A stretch of DNA of 64,000 bases from assembly GCA_052327205.1 (NCBI GenBank), contig CM126227.1, positions 51,398,001 to 51,462,000 of the forward strand. The letters run 5' to 3'. Source of the DNA: Somniosus microcephalus (lineage: Eukaryota). Made by a program: the position numbers and the translations under genes. Position 1 is the first letter of the stretch. Each line of letters starts with the position of its first letter. Below the pieces are notes generated by a model. It searched no databases, was not told the DNA's origin, and saw only the letters and a list, made by a program, of their open reading frames with translations. Of this stretch, positions 61,802 through 64,000 are shown in pieces.

Positions 61802-62620
61802 AACAACAACTTGAATTTATATCGTATGAGGAGAGATTGGGTCGACTAGGCCTGTATTCACTAGAGTTTCGAAGAATGAGAGGGGATCTCATTGAAACGT
61901 ATAAAATTCTGACAGGGCTAGAGACTGGATGCAGGGAGGATGTTTCCCCTGGCTGGGGGGTCTAGAACGAGGGGTCACAGTCTCAGGATACGGGGTAGGA
62001 CATTTAGGACTGAGATGAGGAGAAATTTCTTCACTCGGAGGGTGGTGAACCTGTGGAATTCTCGACCATAGAAGGCTGTGGAGCCAAGTCACTGAATATA
62101 TTTAAGAAGGAGATAGATAGATTTCTAGACACAAAAGGCATCAAGGGGTATGGGGAGAGAGCGGGAATATGGTATTGAGATAGAGGATCAGCCATGATCA
62201 TATTGAATGGTAGGGCAGGCTCGAAGGGCTGAATGGCCTACTTAGGGCAGTTGAGAGGTAGGTTTTAAGGAGCGTCTTAAAGGAGGAGAGCGAGGTAGAG
62301 AGGCGGAGAGGTTTAGGGAGGGAATTCCAGAGCTTGGGGCCTCGGCAGCTGAAGGCACGTCCGCCAATGGCGGAGCAATTAAAATCGGGGGATGCGCAAT
62401 AGGCCAGAATTGGAGAAGCGCAGATATCTCGGAGGGGTTGGGGCTGGAGGAGATTACAGAGATAGCAAAGGGCGAGGCCATGGAGGGACTTGAAAACAAG
62501 GATGAGAATTTTAAAATCGAGGCGTTGCTGAACCGTGAGCCAATGTAGGTCAGCGAGCACGGGGTGAACGGGACTTGGTGCGAGTTCGCACACGGGCAGC
62601 AAAGCTTTGGATGAGTTCAA
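61802..62620 (-). mobile_element. L2 3' fragment with nested plus-strand CR1 3' end (about 61826-62242)
   Basis: PVLADLHWLTVQQRLDFKIL...GGRAFSCRGPKLWNSLP peptide; CR1 tail GGGCTGAATGGCCTACT. Confidence 0.82.
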
Positions 62621-62926
62621 GTTTAACCAACACGTCAATAAAAACAAACTGGAAAAGGAACACAACCAAACACAACTGAAACTTCTTCAGACTGAACATC
62701 CATCTGTATGAAATAGGGGAACACTGATATCAGGATCCACAAGCACTGATTAACACCACGTGATACTCACAGAGTCTCAAAGAGAGCAGGGAATAGCTTA
62801 AGATGCAGCTGTAATTCGACAGGAATACCGAGGATACACAACAGGATGGCAGACAAAGCAACGTAATTACTGGTGGAATATCTGCTATAAAGGTCACCGT
62901 GCAACCCCTGCGCTTTCGATCCTTAC

Positions 62927-63076
62927 CATCATGACCGGAGTTGAGCAGATGCTCGCCCAGGTCACAGCCAAACACGCGCTCCTTCAGGATTCCTCGCTGC
63001 TTCAGTTTCTGTTTGGTTGGCCGTGACTTCATGAAGGTGCGCAGGAAGGTGATGAGCTTGCCGTGCTTTTTCGAAA
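62927..63076 (-). CDS. ARHGAP32: ARHGAP32 coding exon (VSKKHGKLITFLRTFMKSRPTKQKLKQRGILKERVFGCDLGEHLLNSGHD), start of RhoGAP region
   Basis: Acceptor ttccacAG at 63078-63077 after a pyrimidine tract, donor GTAAG at 62926; 150 nt, phase 1/1. Peptide recognisable as ARHGAP32/33 family. Contains MKSRPTK (ATG 63032-63030), which I recall as the start of the mammalian short isoform. Confidence 0.93.
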
Positions 63077-63109
63077 CTGTGGAACAAAAACAAAGAAAGA
63101 CAAAGAAAT

Positions 63110-63863
63110 TCAGTACGATAGCAAAATACTGCAGATGCTGGAAATCCAAAATAACAACAGAAAATGCAGGAAAAACTCAGCAGGCCCGGCAACTTCCGTG
63201 GAGAGAAATTAGAGTCGACGTTTCGGGTCAAACCCTTTTTCAAAACTGGAAAGGAAATGAAATAGATCGAAAGGCAGGGCTGGGAGACAACAAAAGAAGT
63301 GAAGAGACATTAAGAGGTATTCAAAACCAGACGAGATGGTGATCGGACTAGTGGAGACAAAAGACGGCTCAGATTAGCTGTGAAATGTTCTGGCAGAATG
63401 GGAGACAGCTGCCATGTGGGAGAGAGAAAAAAAAAGGCGGGGGGGGGGGGGAAGGCCCAAAACAAAGACGTGGATAAAATATAAGCAAAAATGTAATGGG
63501 GGCCGCGGTTATGATCTGAAATTGTTGAACTCGATGTTGAGTCCGGAAGACTGTAAAGTGCCTAATCGGAAGATGAGGAAGAACTCGAGGAACTGCTCCT
63601 CATCTTCCGATTAGGTACTTTACAGCCTTCCGGACTCAACATCGAGTTCAACAATTTCAGATCATAACCTCGGCCCCTATTACATTTTTGCTTATATTTT
63701 ATCCACATCTTTGTTTTGGGCCTTTCCCCCCCCTTTCCTTTTTTTCTCTCCCACATGGCAGCTGTCTCTCATTCTGCCCGAACATTTCACACCTAATCTA
63801 GAGCCGTCTTTTGTCTCCAGTAGTCCTATCACCATCTCGTCTGGTTTTGAATACCTCTTAATG
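63110..63863. mobile_element. Penelope-like element end with inverted partial duplication (arms about 63308-63578 and 63597-63863)
   Basis: About 270-bp inverted repeat; hand translation EELLLIFRLGTLQPSGLNIEFNNFRS* resembles the Penelope GIY-YIG endonuclease C-terminus; degenerate hammerhead-like motif on minus near 63215-63250. Confidence 0.8.
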
Positions 63864-64000
63864 GGCTAAAAATTCAGTTGGGCGCCGTTTGGGGCGCCAA
63901 GCTCGCCTGGGCGCCGGAATTACCGCTGCGAGCGGAGCCACTTGCGCCATCCGGATATTCAGTTTCTGCGCCCCAAATGGAAGCGGGCCGCTAATCGAGG
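63864..64000 (+). mobile_element. Probable DNA-transposon end (PIF/Harbinger-like), cut by the window edge
   Basis: Abrupt switch to GC/CpG-rich sequence starting GGGCTAAAAATT; similar termini at 35712 (GGCCGGAATTTT) and about 25610 (minus, GGGCCGGAAAATT). Superfamily is a guess. Confidence 0.45.

Overview
Vertebrate nuclear DNA, most likely a cartilaginous fish (inferred from Deu-domain tRNA SINEs and the CR1/L2/Penelope repertoire). The whole window lies inside ARHGAP32 (RICS/p250GAP) on the minus strand. Six GT-AG coding exons (62927-63076, 39632-39734, 15406-15550, 12206-12288, 11403-11510, 2240-2385) splice in phase and encode the RhoGAP domain. The introns hold large minisatellite arrays (the source of the long repetitive ORFs), two young Ty3/gypsy LTR retrotransposons, nested CR1/L2/Rex1/RTE LINE fragments, SINEs, MITEs and Penelope-like remnants. 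Main observations: (1) a 1.49-kb non-autonomous Helitron (33428-34914) with complete termini, carrying CpG-island, promoter-like cargo (three RFX X-boxes, YY1, CCAAT, splice donors on both strands); (2) a gypsy element (26442-30750) with no tRNA primer-binding site, having instead a perfect 14-nt complement of its own LTR poly(A)-signal region (candidate self-priming), plus a 74-bp target duplication and a clipped LTR; (3) about 50 tandem consensus 5' splice sites just upstream of an ARHGAP32 acceptor. All calls were made by eye; no database search was run.
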